Shown one piece after another: positions 42,634 to 52,589 of a stretch of 64,000 nt of DNA (its first letter is position 1; every line of letters begins with the position of its first letter). Origin of the DNA: Thermoanaerobaculia bacterium (lineage in GTDB: Bacteria > Acidobacteriota > Thermoanaerobaculia > UBA5066); the NCBI GenBank assembly GCA_038245905.1, contig JBBRRY010000001.1, positions 224,001 to 288,000 of the forward strand, in the 5' to 3' direction. The notes beneath the pieces were generated by a model that made no database searches, was not told the origin of the DNA, and saw only the letters and a list, made by a program, of their open reading frames with translations. The translations under genes were made by a program, and so were the position numbers.

Positions 42634-43355
42634 GGAACCACCAGGGGTGTGTTCTTGATCAGCTTGTCGGTCGTCTTGATCTTCTTCGCGGTCGCTTCCG
42701 CCTTGGCGCGGTCCTTGAACGGACCCACGCGCACTCGGAACCAGCCGTCTTTTCCGGGTACGGCCGAGACGTCGGCCGTGAAGCCTTCGTTCTGGAGACG
42801 CTTCCGGAGCTCGTCCGCGGCAGGCGCCTTCTTCGTCGCGAGCACCTGTACGTAGAACGGGCCCAGCGGGCGCTTCGTCGCGGCCTTCGCCGCGGGTGCC
42901 TCCTTCGGTGGGGGTTCCTTCTGATGCGCGGGCGGGGCGGCCGTCGGGACGGGAGGCTGCGGGGTGGGAGCCGATGTCGGCACGGGCGCCGGCGTCGCCG
43001 CGGCGGCAGCTTCCTTCAGCGCCGCTCGCTTCTCGGCCGCGAAGCCGAGTGCTTCTTCGGCCGGCCTCTCGGCCGAGATCCCGGCCCTCCGGGTGTCGCG
43101 GGAGCCGTCCGACGGGGCGAGCGTCGGCACCGGCAGGTCCGAAGCGTTCACGAGCGTCGCGACCGCGCCCGGACCCTTCCGCGCCACGGCGCCTGTCTTC
43201 ATCCCGAAAAAGAAAGCCAGGGCGAGCGCGAGGAGAAGAAGCAGGAAGAAGAGTCCCGCCTGCCGGCCCGTGACCGAAATCTGGTAGTGGACGGGCGGCC
43301 TCGCCGGACGGTCCGACCGGTCGTCCGGCCCGTCCGAAAGCCCAAGCGCGGTCAT
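42630..43355 (-). CDS. SPOR domain membrane protein
   Basis: N-terminal TM, Pro/Ala linker, [14 protein letters not shown]. Confidence 0.85.
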   Translation of the reverse strand: MTALGLSDGPDDRSDRPARPPVHYQISVTGRQAGLFFLLLLLALALAFFFGMKTGAVARKGPGAVATLVNASDLPVPTLAPSDGSRDTRRAGISAERPAEEALGFAAEKRAALKEAAAAATPAPVPTSAPTPQPPVPTAAPPAHQKEPPPKEAPAAKAATKRPLGPFYVQVLATKKAPAADELRKRLQNEGFTADVSAVPGKDGWFRVRVGPFKDRAKAEATAKKIKTTDKLIKNTPLVVP

Positions 43356-44116
43356 CCCTGCTTCTCGCCCTTCTTGAGGAACGCCGAGATCAGGTCCATC
43401 GGCAGCGGGAAGATGATCGTCGAGTTCTTCTCGGTCGCGATCTCCGTCAGGGTCTGCAAGTACCGAAGCTGCAGGGTCGCGGGCTCACGCCCGATGATCG
43501 CCGCCGCCTCGGAAAGCTGTTTCGAGGCCTCGAACTCGCCAGAGGCGTGGATGATCTTCGCGCGCTTTTCGCGCTCGGCTTCGGCCTGCTTGGCCATCGC
43601 GCGCTGCATCTCGATCGGGAGGTCGACGCCCTTCAGCTCCACCATCGAGACCTTGATGCCCCAGGGATCCGTGTGCTTGTCGAGGATCTCCTGCAGGTTT
43701 TCGTTCAGCTTGTCGCGCGACGAGAGCAGCTCGTCGAGCGTGGCCTGGCCCAGCACCGAGCGCAGCGTGGTCTGGGAGAGCTGCGACGTGGCATATAGGT
43801 AGTTCTCCACCTTCACGACCGCCTTCGACGGATCCATGACGTGGAAATAGACGACGGCATTCACCTTCACCGACACGTTGTCGCGCGTGATGACGTCTTG
43901 AGGCGGGACATCGAGAACCACGGTCCGCAGCGAGATGCGCACCATCGTCTCGAACGGCCAGAAGATGAGCGTCAGCCCGGGGCCCTTCGGGGCCGGCGAG
44001 AGACGGCCCAGCCAGAAAGTCACCGCTCGCTCGTATTCATTCAGGACGTTGATCCACTTCGAGAGAAAGATCAGTGCGACGAAGAGAACCGGGACGAGGA
44101 GCGACAGATTCGACAT
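43352..44116 (-). CDS. SPFH/stomatin (slipin) family protein
   Basis: [43 protein letters not shown]. Confidence 0.95.
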   Translation of the reverse strand: MSNLSLLVPVLFVALIFLSKWINVLNEYERAVTFWLGRLSPAPKGPGLTLIFWPFETMVRISLRTVVLDVPPQDVITRDNVSVKVNAVVYFHVMDPSKAVVKVENYLYATSQLSQTTLRSVLGQATLDELLSSRDKLNENLQEILDKHTDPWGIKVSMVELKGVDLPIEMQRAMAKQAEAEREKRAKIIHASGEFEASKQLSEAAAIIGREPATLQLRYLQTLTEIATEKNSTIIFPLPMDLISAFLKKGEKQG

Positions 44117-44124
44117 GAGTCTCC

Positions 44125-45411
44125 TTACGCCTCTTTCGGGGCGGGACGGACGAGGACGAGCAGGCCGTCGAGACCCGTGATCTCGACGTTTTCACCAGCG
44201 GCGACGGGTGCGGAGGAACGCGCCTCCCAGAGGGCGCCGTCCACGAAAATTTTGCCTGTCGGGGCGAAAGCAGTACGCGCCGCGACGACCTGGCCCACGA
44301 GAACGCCGGCGCCGGTGCGATCCGGCAGGCGCTTCACGGCGAGAGCCCGGAACGAAAGGGCCGCGAGGATCGCCGCGGTCGCGACGGCACCCGCCACGAG
44401 CGTCGTGAGCTCGCCGCGCGGAGCGCCGGCCCGGTCGGGAAACAGGAGGAGACCGCCGAGCACGATCGCCGCCGCGCCCCCCACGGCGAGGACGCCGTGC
44501 GCCGCGAGCTTCACCTCGAGGAAAAAGAAGAAGGCACCCAGCAATATGAGAAAAAGGCCCGCGCCGTTCACGGGGAGGACCGACATCGCGAAGAGCGCGA
44601 GGACGAGGCAGATTGCGCCGAGGACGCCCGGCAGGATTCCGCCCGGATGGGAAAGCTCCGAGTAGAGGCCGACGAGACCGATGAGGAAGAGGATTCCCGC
44701 GAGCGCAGGGCTCGCGATCACGCCGAGGATCCGTTCCTTCCGCGTCATCTCCCGCAGCTCGGTCGAGAGGCCAGCTGTCTTCAGGACGACGTCGGGCCTG
44801 CCGACGCGCTTCGCCGTACGCCCGTCGAGCCGCGCGAGAAGCTCCGGGACGTCGCGCGCGACGACCTCGATCAACTTGCGCTTCTGGGCCTCGGTCTCCG
44901 AATACGACGTCGCCTCCGTAACGGCCTTGACGGCGTCGTCCACCGGACGGCCGCGCGGCTCGGTCACGGAACGAAGCAGCGCCGAGACGTCCTCCCCCAC
45001 CTTTTTCGCGATCGTTTTCGGGAGATCCTCGCCGCCTCCCCCAACTGGCGACGCGGCGCCCGCGTTCGTGCCCGGCGCCATAGCGGCAATGTCGCACGAC
45101 ATGAGGATGAGGAACCCGGCCGATGCGGCCTGCGATCCGGGGGGCGCGACCCAGCCCACGACCGGCACGGGTGAGCCCAGGATCGCCCGCGTGATCTCCC
45201 GCGTGGAGTCAAGCCGCCCGCCCGGTGTGTCGATGCGCAGGATCACGAAGGGCGCCCCCGAGGCCCCCGCGTCCCGGATCCCGTCCGACACGAAGCGCGC
45301 GCTCACGGCGTGGATCTCGGAGTTGAGGTCGATGACGGGCACCGTCGCCGCGGGGACGGCGGCCGATGCCGCCAGCACCCCGAAGAGAACGACCACCCCG
45401 GCAAGACGCAC
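44125..45411 (-). CDS. nfeD: NfeD family membrane-bound serine protease (long form)
   Basis: [26 protein letters not shown] bundle and C-terminal OB fold (GALWEA); adjacent to the slipin gene. Confidence 0.92.
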   Translation of the reverse strand: MRLAGVVVLFGVLAASAAVPAATVPVIDLNSEIHAVSARFVSDGIRDAGASGAPFVILRIDTPGGRLDSTREITRAILGSPVPVVGWVAPPGSQAASAGFLILMSCDIAAMAPGTNAGAASPVGGGGEDLPKTIAKKVGEDVSALLRSVTEPRGRPVDDAVKAVTEATSYSETEAQKRKLIEVVARDVPELLARLDGRTAKRVGRPDVVLKTAGLSTELREMTRKERILGVIASPALAGILFLIGLVGLYSELSHPGGILPGVLGAICLVLALFAMSVLPVNGAGLFLILLGAFFFFLEVKLAAHGVLAVGGAAAIVLGGLLLFPDRAGAPRGELTTLVAGAVATAAILAALSFRALAVKRLPDRTGAGVLVGQVVAARTAFAPTGKIFVDGALWEARSSAPVAAGENVEITGLDGLLVLVRPAPKEA

Positions 45412-45428
45412 GGCACCATTATAGGTTC

Positions 45429-46322
45429 GTGTTAGAACGCACCGTGCGCTGGAAGCCAGTCGACGTTCTGACGTCGCTTTTCGCGGTAGCCCTCGTGACC
45501 GCGGGCCTCACGCATCTGGCCGTCCTGGAGCACTCAGGGGTCCTTCTCAGAATGGGGATCGTCGCGCTCGTGCCGGTGCTGATCGCCACGCTTCGCGGTC
45601 GCACTCCGAACCCTTCTCGGGCGCTTCAGGTTCTCTTCGACTACTACGTGATTGCCTGCGTCGTCGTGATTTTCGACGGGCTCGGACCGCTCATTCGCGC
45701 GGTCAACCCCGTCGACAAGGACGTCCACCTCATCGCGTTCGACCGGTGGCTTTTCGGCACGGACCCCTCGGTGGCGCTCGAGCGGTTCGCGACGCCGCTC
45801 CTCTCGGACGTCCTGACCTTTTTCTACTCGCTCTACTATTTCCATCCTATCGTCCTCGGAACGCTCGTGCTGCTGGACGACCGCGAGCGGCCGGCCGCGG
45901 AGCGCGACTTCTCGCGGTACGCGTTCACGATGGTGTTCGTGTTCTTCGTGAGCTACGTGGGCTACTTCCTCGTCCCGGCGGTCGGCCCGCGCTTCACGAT
46001 CACGCACGCCGGCCCGCTGCCGCGCGGCGCGGTCTCGAGAGTCATCGACGACACGCTGAACGTCCTCGAAAGCAACAAGCGCGACTGCTTCCCCTCCGGC
46101 CACACGATGGTCGTGATCGCGGTCCTCCTCGAGGCCGCGCGGCGGTCGAAGAAGACGTTCTGGCTGTTTCTCCCGTTCGCGGTCGGGCTCCTGATGGCCA
46201 CCGTCTACTGCCGGTACCACTACGTGGCGGACGTCCTCGCGGGTTTCACCCTCGCGTTCGTGACGGTGCCGGTCGGGAACTGGATCTACAGGCGTTTTTC
46301 GACGATCCGATACCGGCGGTAG
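45429..46322 (+). CDS. PAP2 superfamily membrane protein, Aur1/Ipt1 (inositolphosphotransferase)-like
   Basis: GYFLVPAVGPR, DCFPSGHT, TVYCRYHYVADVLAG. Start GTG 45429 is uncertain. Confidence 0.8.
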   Translation: MLERTVRWKPVDVLTSLFAVALVTAGLTHLAVLEHSGVLLRMGIVALVPVLIATLRGRTPNPSRALQVLFDYYVIACVVVIFDGLGPLIRAVNPVDKDVHLIAFDRWLFGTDPSVALERFATPLLSDVLTFFYSLYYFHPIVLGTLVLLDDRERPAAERDFSRYAFTMVFVFFVSYVGYFLVPAVGPRFTITHAGPLPRGAVSRVIDDTLNVLESNKRDCFPSGHTMVVIAVLLEAARRSKKTFWLFLPFAVGLLMATVYCRYHYVADVLAGFTLAFVTVPVGNWIYRRFSTIRYRR

Positions 46323-47428
46323 ATGCGGCCGCCGAAAACCTCGAGGGGCTTGAGGATGTCGAGGTTGTCCTCGAGCATCCACGAAAACTCCGCCCACTTG
46401 TGGCCGATCCGGATGCCTTCCTTCGCCGCCTCGTAATAGAGGATGGCGTCAACGCCCCGGCGGCGGTATTCCGGCAGGACGCCCAGCGCGAGGATCCGCA
46501 CCCGGTCGATCTTCTTCCTCTCCGTGAGGAACTTCAGCCAGCCGAAGGGAAACAGGGAGCCGCCCATCTTCACGAGGACCTGGTTGAAGTCCGGAAGCGC
46601 GAGATGGAACCCGACGGGCTTGCCGTCGATCTCCACGAAGAGGATGTACGGCGGATGGATGATGGGCTTGAGCTTCTTCGCCATGGCGTCGATCTCCTCC
46701 GACGTCATCGGGACGAAGCCCCAGTTCTTCTCCCACGCCGCGTTGTAGATCGTCTTCACGATCGCGAGGTCCTCGTCGAACCTGTCCATGCGGATCGTCC
46801 GCACGACGAGCCCCTTCTCGCGCTTGCGGACGGCGTCCGTGAGGCGCCCGAGCCTCCGGAACGAGAGATCTCCCACGGGCGCGAGGATCGCGACGAGGTC
46901 CTTCTCCTTCTCGTATCCGGCCTCCCGGAACAGGTCGAGGTAGTACGCGGGGTTGTACGTCATCATCAGGAATGGCAGGCCCGGCTCGCTCTCGGCGGGA
47001 ACGAGCGCTCCGACCTCGTCGTTGAGCGACGGATTCGCGGGTCCCCGCAGCCTCTCGCAGCCGGGAACGAGGTCACGCACGGCCCCTTCGGCTGCGGCAA
47101 AGAGCGCCCGGCTCACCTCGACGTCGTTCGCGCACTCGAAGAATCCGAAGAATCCCGTTCTCTCCGCATGCACCCTGTTGTGCTCGGTGTCGCCGATCGC
47201 CGCGATGCGGCCGACGACTTTCCCGTCCCGCCGTGCGAGGAATAACGCCCTCTTCGCGTGCTTCCAGAACGGGTTCTTCGCCTCGTCGAGCATCCACCGG
47301 ACGTCGGAGCGGAGCGGTGGCGGCCAGTTCGGATCGCCGGCGTAGAGCCGGTATGCGAGCTCGACGAACTCCTTGAGATCGGACGGCGAGGAAACGGGAT
47401 CAACCCGCAAGGACGCCTGATCGTTCAC
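46286..47428 (-). CDS. GNAT-fold N-acyltransferase, bacterial ceramide synthase (bCerS)-like
   Basis: KNPFW, VVGRIAA, GFFGFFE, RGPAN, MTYNPAYY, AWEKNWGFVP, GVLPEYRRRG, SWMLEDN; ~380 aa double GNAT. Confidence 0.75.
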   Translation of the reverse strand: MNDQASLRVDPVSSPSDLKEFVELAYRLYAGDPNWPPPLRSDVRWMLDEAKNPFWKHAKRALFLARRDGKVVGRIAAIGDTEHNRVHAERTGFFGFFECANDVEVSRALFAAAEGAVRDLVPGCERLRGPANPSLNDEVGALVPAESEPGLPFLMMTYNPAYYLDLFREAGYEKEKDLVAILAPVGDLSFRRLGRLTDAVRKREKGLVVRTIRMDRFDEDLAIVKTIYNAAWEKNWGFVPMTSEEIDAMAKKLKPIIHPPYILFVEIDGKPVGFHLALPDFNQVLVKMGGSLFPFGWLKFLTERKKIDRVRILALGVLPEYRRRGVDAILYYEAAKEGIRIGHKWAEFSWMLEDNLDILKPLEVFGGRIYRRYRIVEKRL

Positions 47429-47547
47429 GTCGTGTCGTGCCTCCGGAGGCAGACGGTCTCACAGCGGTTCGGAGCGATCAAGCCCATGGAGCCCGGACCC
47501 GAATGCGTTATCGTGCCCCGTTCGTCGCGCGCGCCCGAGGAGACCGT

Positions 47548-48897
47548 ATGGGTGACTCACTCTTCCTCCACCGCCTCCAGTTCGCCTTCACGCTGATCTA
47601 CCACTATCTCTTCCCCGTCCTGACGATGGGGCTCGCGTTTCTGATCGTCGTGATGAAGGCGCTGGGTCTGAGAAGCGGCGGGGAACGCTGGAACGACGCC
47701 GCGCGCTTCTGGATCCGGATCTTCGGCATCAACTTCGCGGTCGGCGTCGTGACCGGCATCCCGATGGAGTTCCAGTTTGGGACGAACTGGGCGCGCTTTT
47801 CCCGCTACGCAGGCAACGTCATCGGGCACACGCTCGCGATGGAAGGCCTCTTCGCGTTCTTCCTCGAGTCGAGCTTCCTGTCGCTCCTCGTCTTCGGCGA
47901 AAAGCGGCTCTCGCGGGCCGGGCACTTCGCGGCCGCGGTCGCGCTCTTCGTCGGGAGCTGGCTCTCGGGCTACTTCATCATCACGACGAACGCCTTCATG
48001 CAGCATCCCGTCGGCTTCCGCGTCGGGCCGGACGGCTCCCTCCTTCTCGCGGATTTCGCTGCGTTCCTCTTCAATCCCTGGGCGCTCGCGCAATACGCTC
48101 ACAACATGACCTCGACCGTTGTGACGGCCTCCTTCGTCGTCGCGGCGCTCGGCGCGTTCTACCTGCTTCAGGGGAGGCACCTCGAACAGGCACGTCTCTT
48201 CCTGAAGCTCGGCACGACGGCCGGCCTGATCTCGAGCGTCCTCGTCGCCTTCCCCACCGGCGACACCCAAGCCAAGCAGGTGGCGCGATACCAGCCCGTC
48301 GCTCTCGCCGCCATGGAGGGCCGTTTCGAGAGCGGGCCCCGTGCGGGCCTCACGATGATCGGCCAGCCGAACGTGCGGGAGAGGCGCCTCGACAATCCCG
48401 TCACGGTTCCGCTGATCCTGAGCGTGCTCGCTTTCGGCCACACGGCGAGCGAAGTCCAGGGCCTGAACGCCTTCCCCGAGAGGGACTGGCCCGACAACAT
48501 CGAGCTGCTCTATTACGCCTTCCACATCATGGCGGGCCTCGGGACGATCCTGATCGCGATCATGGCGGTTGCGAACCTGCTGGGCTGGATGGGCCGCTTG
48601 GAGAAGTCCGGTCCGATGCTCTGGGTCCTGATGCTTGCCTTTCCGTTTCCGTACATCGCCGTCATCGCAGGATGGGTCACGACGGAGCTGGGGCGGCAAC
48701 CCTGGCTCGTCTACGGCCTCTTCCGGACGGCGCAGGGCTCGAGCCCCACGGTCCACGGCGGCACGGTGCTCTTCACGCTGCTGGGCTTCTGCGGGCTCTA
48801 CTTCGTCCTCGGCGTGCTTTTTCTCTTCCTGATCGCGCGGGAGATCGGCCACGGACCGTCGCCCGTGTCGCCGCGAGGCGAGGCTGCCCATGTCTGA
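47548..48897 (+). CDS. cydA: cytochrome bd ubiquinol oxidase subunit I (short Q-loop)
   Basis: RLQFAFT..YHY, GVVTGIPMEFQFGTNW, AAMEG, GWVTTELGRQPW. GAGGAG RBS before ATG 47548. Confidence 0.96.
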   Translation: MGDSLFLHRLQFAFTLIYHYLFPVLTMGLAFLIVVMKALGLRSGGERWNDAARFWIRIFGINFAVGVVTGIPMEFQFGTNWARFSRYAGNVIGHTLAMEGLFAFFLESSFLSLLVFGEKRLSRAGHFAAAVALFVGSWLSGYFIITTNAFMQHPVGFRVGPDGSLLLADFAAFLFNPWALAQYAHNMTSTVVTASFVVAALGAFYLLQGRHLEQARLFLKLGTTAGLISSVLVAFPTGDTQAKQVARYQPVALAAMEGRFESGPRAGLTMIGQPNVRERRLDNPVTVPLILSVLAFGHTASEVQGLNAFPERDWPDNIELLYYAFHIMAGLGTILIAIMAVANLLGWMGRLEKSGPMLWVLMLAFPFPYIAVIAGWVTTELGRQPWLVYGLFRTAQGSSPTVHGGTVLFTLLGFCGLYFVLGVLFLFLIAREIGHGPSPVSPRGEAAHV

Positions 48898-49936
48898 GCT
48901 CTGGTACGCCATCGCCGTCCTGATGCTCACGGCCTACGTGGTCCTCGACGGCTTCGACTTCGGCACGGGAGCGCTCCACCTGTTCGTCGCGAGGACCGAT
49001 CCCGAACGGCGCCAGGTGCTCGCCGCGATCGGCCCCTACTGGGACGGGAACGAGGTCTGGCTCCTAGCGGCGGGCGGCGCCCTCTTCGTGGGATTCCCGA
49101 AGATCCTGTCGTCCGGGATCTCGGGCTTCTACTTCGCGATCTTCCTCGTCCTCTGGTCTCTCGTCCTGCGGGGGATCGCGATCGAATTCCGCAGCCACGT
49201 GAACGACACGATCTGGCGGAGAACGTGGGACCTCGGATTCGGCGTCGCGAGCATCCTTCTGCCCGTCTTCTTCGGTGCCGCGCTCGGAAACCTGATCCGC
49301 GGCGTCCCGCTCGACGCCGGTGGATGGTTCGAGCTCGCGCTCTTCACGGACTTTTCGGCGAAGGACCCCGTCGGAATCCTGGACTGGTACACCGTCCTCG
49401 TCGGGGTGTTCGCGCTCGCCGCCCTCGTCGGGCACGGCGCGACGTTCCTGTCGTGGAAGACGGACGGCCCCGTGCAGGAACGCACCCGCAGGCTCGTGCG
49501 TCCGCTCCACGGCGTGATCGCGGGACTCTGGATCGCCGTGACCGCCGCGACCGCGGCTGTGAACCGCGATCTTCTCGCGGCGCTCCCGGGCCGGCCGCTC
49601 GCGATCCTTCTCGCATCCGCCGCGGCCGCCGGTCTCGTGACGGTTTTCGTGGCCTCGCCCCGCGGCCGCGATCGAGCGGCGTTCCTCGGCTCGTCCGTGT
49701 TCCTCGCGGGACTCTCCATGGCGACGGCCGCCTGCGTATTTCCGGTCATGCTGCGGTCCATCTCGGATCCCGCGCTTTCCCTGACGGCCTACAACGCAGG
49801 AGGTGACCCGACGGGCCTCAGGACCGCTCTCGGTTGGCTCGCGATCGGTCTCCCCCTCGCGATCCTCTACTTCGTCATCGTCTTCCGCGTTCACCGCGGA
49901 AAAGCGGTCGCGGCGGCGGACGGTGAAGGGTACTGA
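48890..49936 (+). CDS. cydB: cytochrome bd ubiquinol oxidase subunit II
   Basis: VLDGFDFG, IGPYWDGNEVWL, RGIAIEFR. Confidence 0.96.
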   Translation: MSELWYAIAVLMLTAYVVLDGFDFGTGALHLFVARTDPERRQVLAAIGPYWDGNEVWLLAAGGALFVGFPKILSSGISGFYFAIFLVLWSLVLRGIAIEFRSHVNDTIWRRTWDLGFGVASILLPVFFGAALGNLIRGVPLDAGGWFELALFTDFSAKDPVGILDWYTVLVGVFALAALVGHGATFLSWKTDGPVQERTRRLVRPLHGVIAGLWIAVTAATAAVNRDLLAALPGRPLAILLASAAAAGLVTVFVASPRGRDRAAFLGSSVFLAGLSMATAACVFPVMLRSISDPALSLTAYNAGGDPTGLRTALGWLAIGLPLAILYFVIVFRVHRGKAVAAADGEGY

Positions 49937-49951
49937 GCGGTCCGCCCGGTT

Positions 49952-50605
49952 TCAGACGACCGTTTTCGTGGCCGACAACTCGGGTGACGCCGGCTCGCTA
50001 TAGACGAACGTGACGAGGCCGAGCCTCACCTCGTCTCCATCCTGCAGCGAGGTGGGGCCCGAGATGCGAACGCCCTTCACGAATGTTCCATTCTTGCTCC
50101 CGAGGTCCGTGAGGGAGGCTGTTTTTCCGTCCCATCCCAATCGTGCGTGGCGCCGCGAAACGGAGGCGTCGTTGATGGTTCCGGGCAGACCCGGCTCGCG
50201 TCCCAGAATGAGCTCGGGCGAAGCAAGCCTGATCTCCGCCTTTCCGCGCAGGAGCCGGGGCGCCGGACCTTTCACCAAAGCCGTTCCGTCGTCCTCGAGC
50301 GCGTATCCGAACCCGTGCACCGTGCGAATGGGCCCTTCGCGCCCAGCCTGACCGAGCTTGGTCCGAAGCTCCTTGACGAGCGTGGTCAGGCTCGACTCGG
50401 CCACGTTTGTCCGGGGCCACAGGGCGTCCTGGATTTCGTCCTTCGAGACGGCGCGCGGCCGTTTCGAGACGAGGAGGGACAGCAGCTCGAACTCCTTCGA
50501 AGGCAACGAGACCGCGCTGCCTCCTCCGATGAGCTGGCGGCGCTCCGGATCGAAGACGAAAGTGCCGATGAAAACCTGCTTCGAAGGGCCAAGACTCGCG
50601 GTCAT
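49952..50605 (-). CDS. OmpR/CadC-type winged-helix plus FHA domain regulator
   Basis: KEFELL..LWP..LRTKLG..IRTVHGFGY (wHTH); LGRE..SVSRRHA..DLGSKNGTFV (FHA). Confidence 0.9.
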   Translation of the reverse strand: MTASLGPSKQVFIGTFVFDPERRQLIGGGSAVSLPSKEFELLSLLVSKRPRAVSKDEIQDALWPRTNVAESSLTTLVKELRTKLGQAGREGPIRTVHGFGYALEDDGTALVKGPAPRLLRGKAEIRLASPELILGREPGLPGTINDASVSRRHARLGWDGKTASLTDLGSKNGTFVKGVRISGPTSLQDGDEVRLGLVTFVYSEPASPELSATKTVV

Positions 50606-50722
50606 CAGAAAATCCTGAGAATTCTACAAGGACTTCGGGGCCCTGACGGCCCAACGTTCCCCTGACAAACAACCCCCGGTCGTTGTGCGGAATAGATGTT
50701 CAAAAGCGAAAGGAGCCCCAAA

Positions 50723-52525
50723 ATGAAGAAGTCGTACTCTCCTCGCCCGGCGTCGTACCTCTTCGCGGCTGTCACCCTGTCTGTAGCGCTCGCGGGCAAT
50801 GTTGCGATGGCGGCGGGGTCCGGACCGCAAGCAGCCTCCGTCTCCGTGTTCGCGACCGGGCTGAACAACCCGCGGGGGCTCAAGTTCGGGCCGGACGGCA
50901 ATCTTTACGTCGCGGAGGGAGGGACTGGAGGCACGCACTCGACCGTCGGTCAGTGCGATCAGGTGATCCCGCCCATCGGGTCCTACACGGGCAGCCAGAC
51001 GGGCGCGCGGATTTCGAAAATCGACCGGGGCGGGGTCCGAACGACCGTCGTGGACAACCTGCCCTCGAGCCAGACGAGCCCCGACCAGGGCAGCCTCGTC
51101 AGTGGCGTCGCCGACGTCGCGTTCGTGGGCGACACGCTGTACGCGTTGATCGGCGGTGCCGGCTGCTCGCACGGCGTTTCGAACTTCCCCAACGGGATCA
51201 TTCGCGTGCACCACGACGGTACGTGGGAGATGGTCGCCGACCTCAGCGGCTTTCTAAAGGTCCACCCTGTCGCCCATCCCGAGCCGGACGACTTCGAGCC
51301 GGACGGCAGCTGGTACGGCCTCGTCGAGGCGCGGGGGGCGCTTTACGCAGTCGAGCCCAACCACGGAGAGATCGACCTGGTCGCGCCTCAAACCGGAGCC
51401 ATCAGCCGGCTCATCGACGTCTCGGCGAGCCAGGGGCACATCGTGCCGACGGCGATCGCGTTTCATCATGGCGCCTTCTACGTCGGCAACCTCAATCCGT
51501 TCCCGATCGTCGAGGGCTCGTCGAAGATCTACAAGATCACTCTGGACGGGCACATTTCGATCGTCGCCGAGGGTCTGACGACCGTCCTTGGCGTCGCGTT
51601 CGACGCTCTGGGGCGCATGTACGCGCTGGAAAACACGACCGGCAACCCGTTCCCGACGCCGGGCACGGGACGCGTGGTCCGCGTGAAGGCCTCGGGCGAG
51701 CTCGAGGTCGTCGCGACGGGGCTCTTCCTGCCCACCGCAATGACCTTCGGGCCCGACGGAGCTCTCTACGTCTCCAACGTCGGGTTCGGCCCGCCACCCG
51801 TCGGGCTCGGGACGGTCGTGAAGATCCAGCTCGGCGACTCGTCGTGGCTTCTCCCGACGAGCGCGAGCCTGGTGTCGGGCGCTTCCGGCGTGCGGTACAC
51901 GACCGACGTGACGCTCGCGAACACCGGCGACACGGAGTCCGCGTTCACGCTTCGCTACCTCGGCCACGACATCGACGGCCGGACGGGCCCGGCACAGAGC
52001 TTCACGCTCGGCGCCGGCAAGTCCGTGACGTATCAGGATGCCCTGTCGTCCGTCTTCGGCCTGAGCAACAGCTGGGGCGCCATTCTCGTCACGTCTTCGA
52101 CGCCCGACCTCGCGGTCTACGGTCAGGTCCTCGCCGAGACGGCGACCGGACACGTCGGGCAGGGACTCCCGGCCGCCTCGGACGCCGGCTACGTCCGGCC
52201 GGGCCAGGCCCGCTCCCTCCTCGCGATCCGGGAGGACGCCCGCGCACGCACGAACCTCGTCCTCGCAAACGCCACGTCCAAGAGTCTCGACGTAAACCTG
52301 ACTCTCGTGTCCGAGGCCGGGGCCCCGCTCGGGTCGGCGACCGTGACGTTGCCGCCTCTCGGGATGAAACAGATCAACAGGGTCGCCCGATCCCTCGGTT
52401 TCACGGGCGCGCTCACGGGAGGAAGGATCGTCGTCTCCACGCCAACGACGGACGGCGCGTTCGCGGCGGTGGCCTCAGTGATCGAAAACGACTCGGGCGA
52501 CGCTCGCACGATCCTGCCGCAGTAA
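50723..52525 (+). CDS. secreted ScyD/ScyE-like beta-propeller protein with extra C-terminal domain
   Basis: Signal peptide; ATGLNNPRGLKFGPDGNLYVAEGG and GLFLPTAMTFGPDGALYVSN repeats; ~220-aa beta-rich C-terminal domain. AGGAG RBS before ATG 50723. Confidence 0.75.
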   Translation: MKKSYSPRPASYLFAAVTLSVALAGNVAMAAGSGPQAASVSVFATGLNNPRGLKFGPDGNLYVAEGGTGGTHSTVGQCDQVIPPIGSYTGSQTGARISKIDRGGVRTTVVDNLPSSQTSPDQGSLVSGVADVAFVGDTLYALIGGAGCSHGVSNFPNGIIRVHHDGTWEMVADLSGFLKVHPVAHPEPDDFEPDGSWYGLVEARGALYAVEPNHGEIDLVAPQTGAISRLIDVSASQGHIVPTAIAFHHGAFYVGNLNPFPIVEGSSKIYKITLDGHISIVAEGLTTVLGVAFDALGRMYALENTTGNPFPTPGTGRVVRVKASGELEVVATGLFLPTAMTFGPDGALYVSNVGFGPPPVGLGTVVKIQLGDSSWLLPTSASLVSGASGVRYTTDVTLANTGDTESAFTLRYLGHDIDGRTGPAQSFTLGAGKSVTYQDALSSVFGLSNSWGAILVTSSTPDLAVYGQVLAETATGHVGQGLPAASDAGYVRPGQARSLLAIREDARARTNLVLANATSKSLDVNLTLVSEAGAPLGSATVTLPPLGMKQINRVARSLGFTGALTGGRIVVSTPTTDGAFAAVASVIENDSGDARTILPQ

Positions 52526-52534
52526 TGGACAACC

Positions 52535-52561
52535 GGGCCCCGGGGACCGACCCCGGGGCCC
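52535..52561. terminator. GC-rich hairpin between convergent genes
   Basis: GGGCCCCGGGG-ACCGA-CCCCGGGGCCC, a perfect 11-bp stem 10 nt after stop 52525; no U-tract. Confidence 0.6.
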
Positions 52562-52589
52562 AGCTTGCTCCCGGATGAACGGGGAGAGG

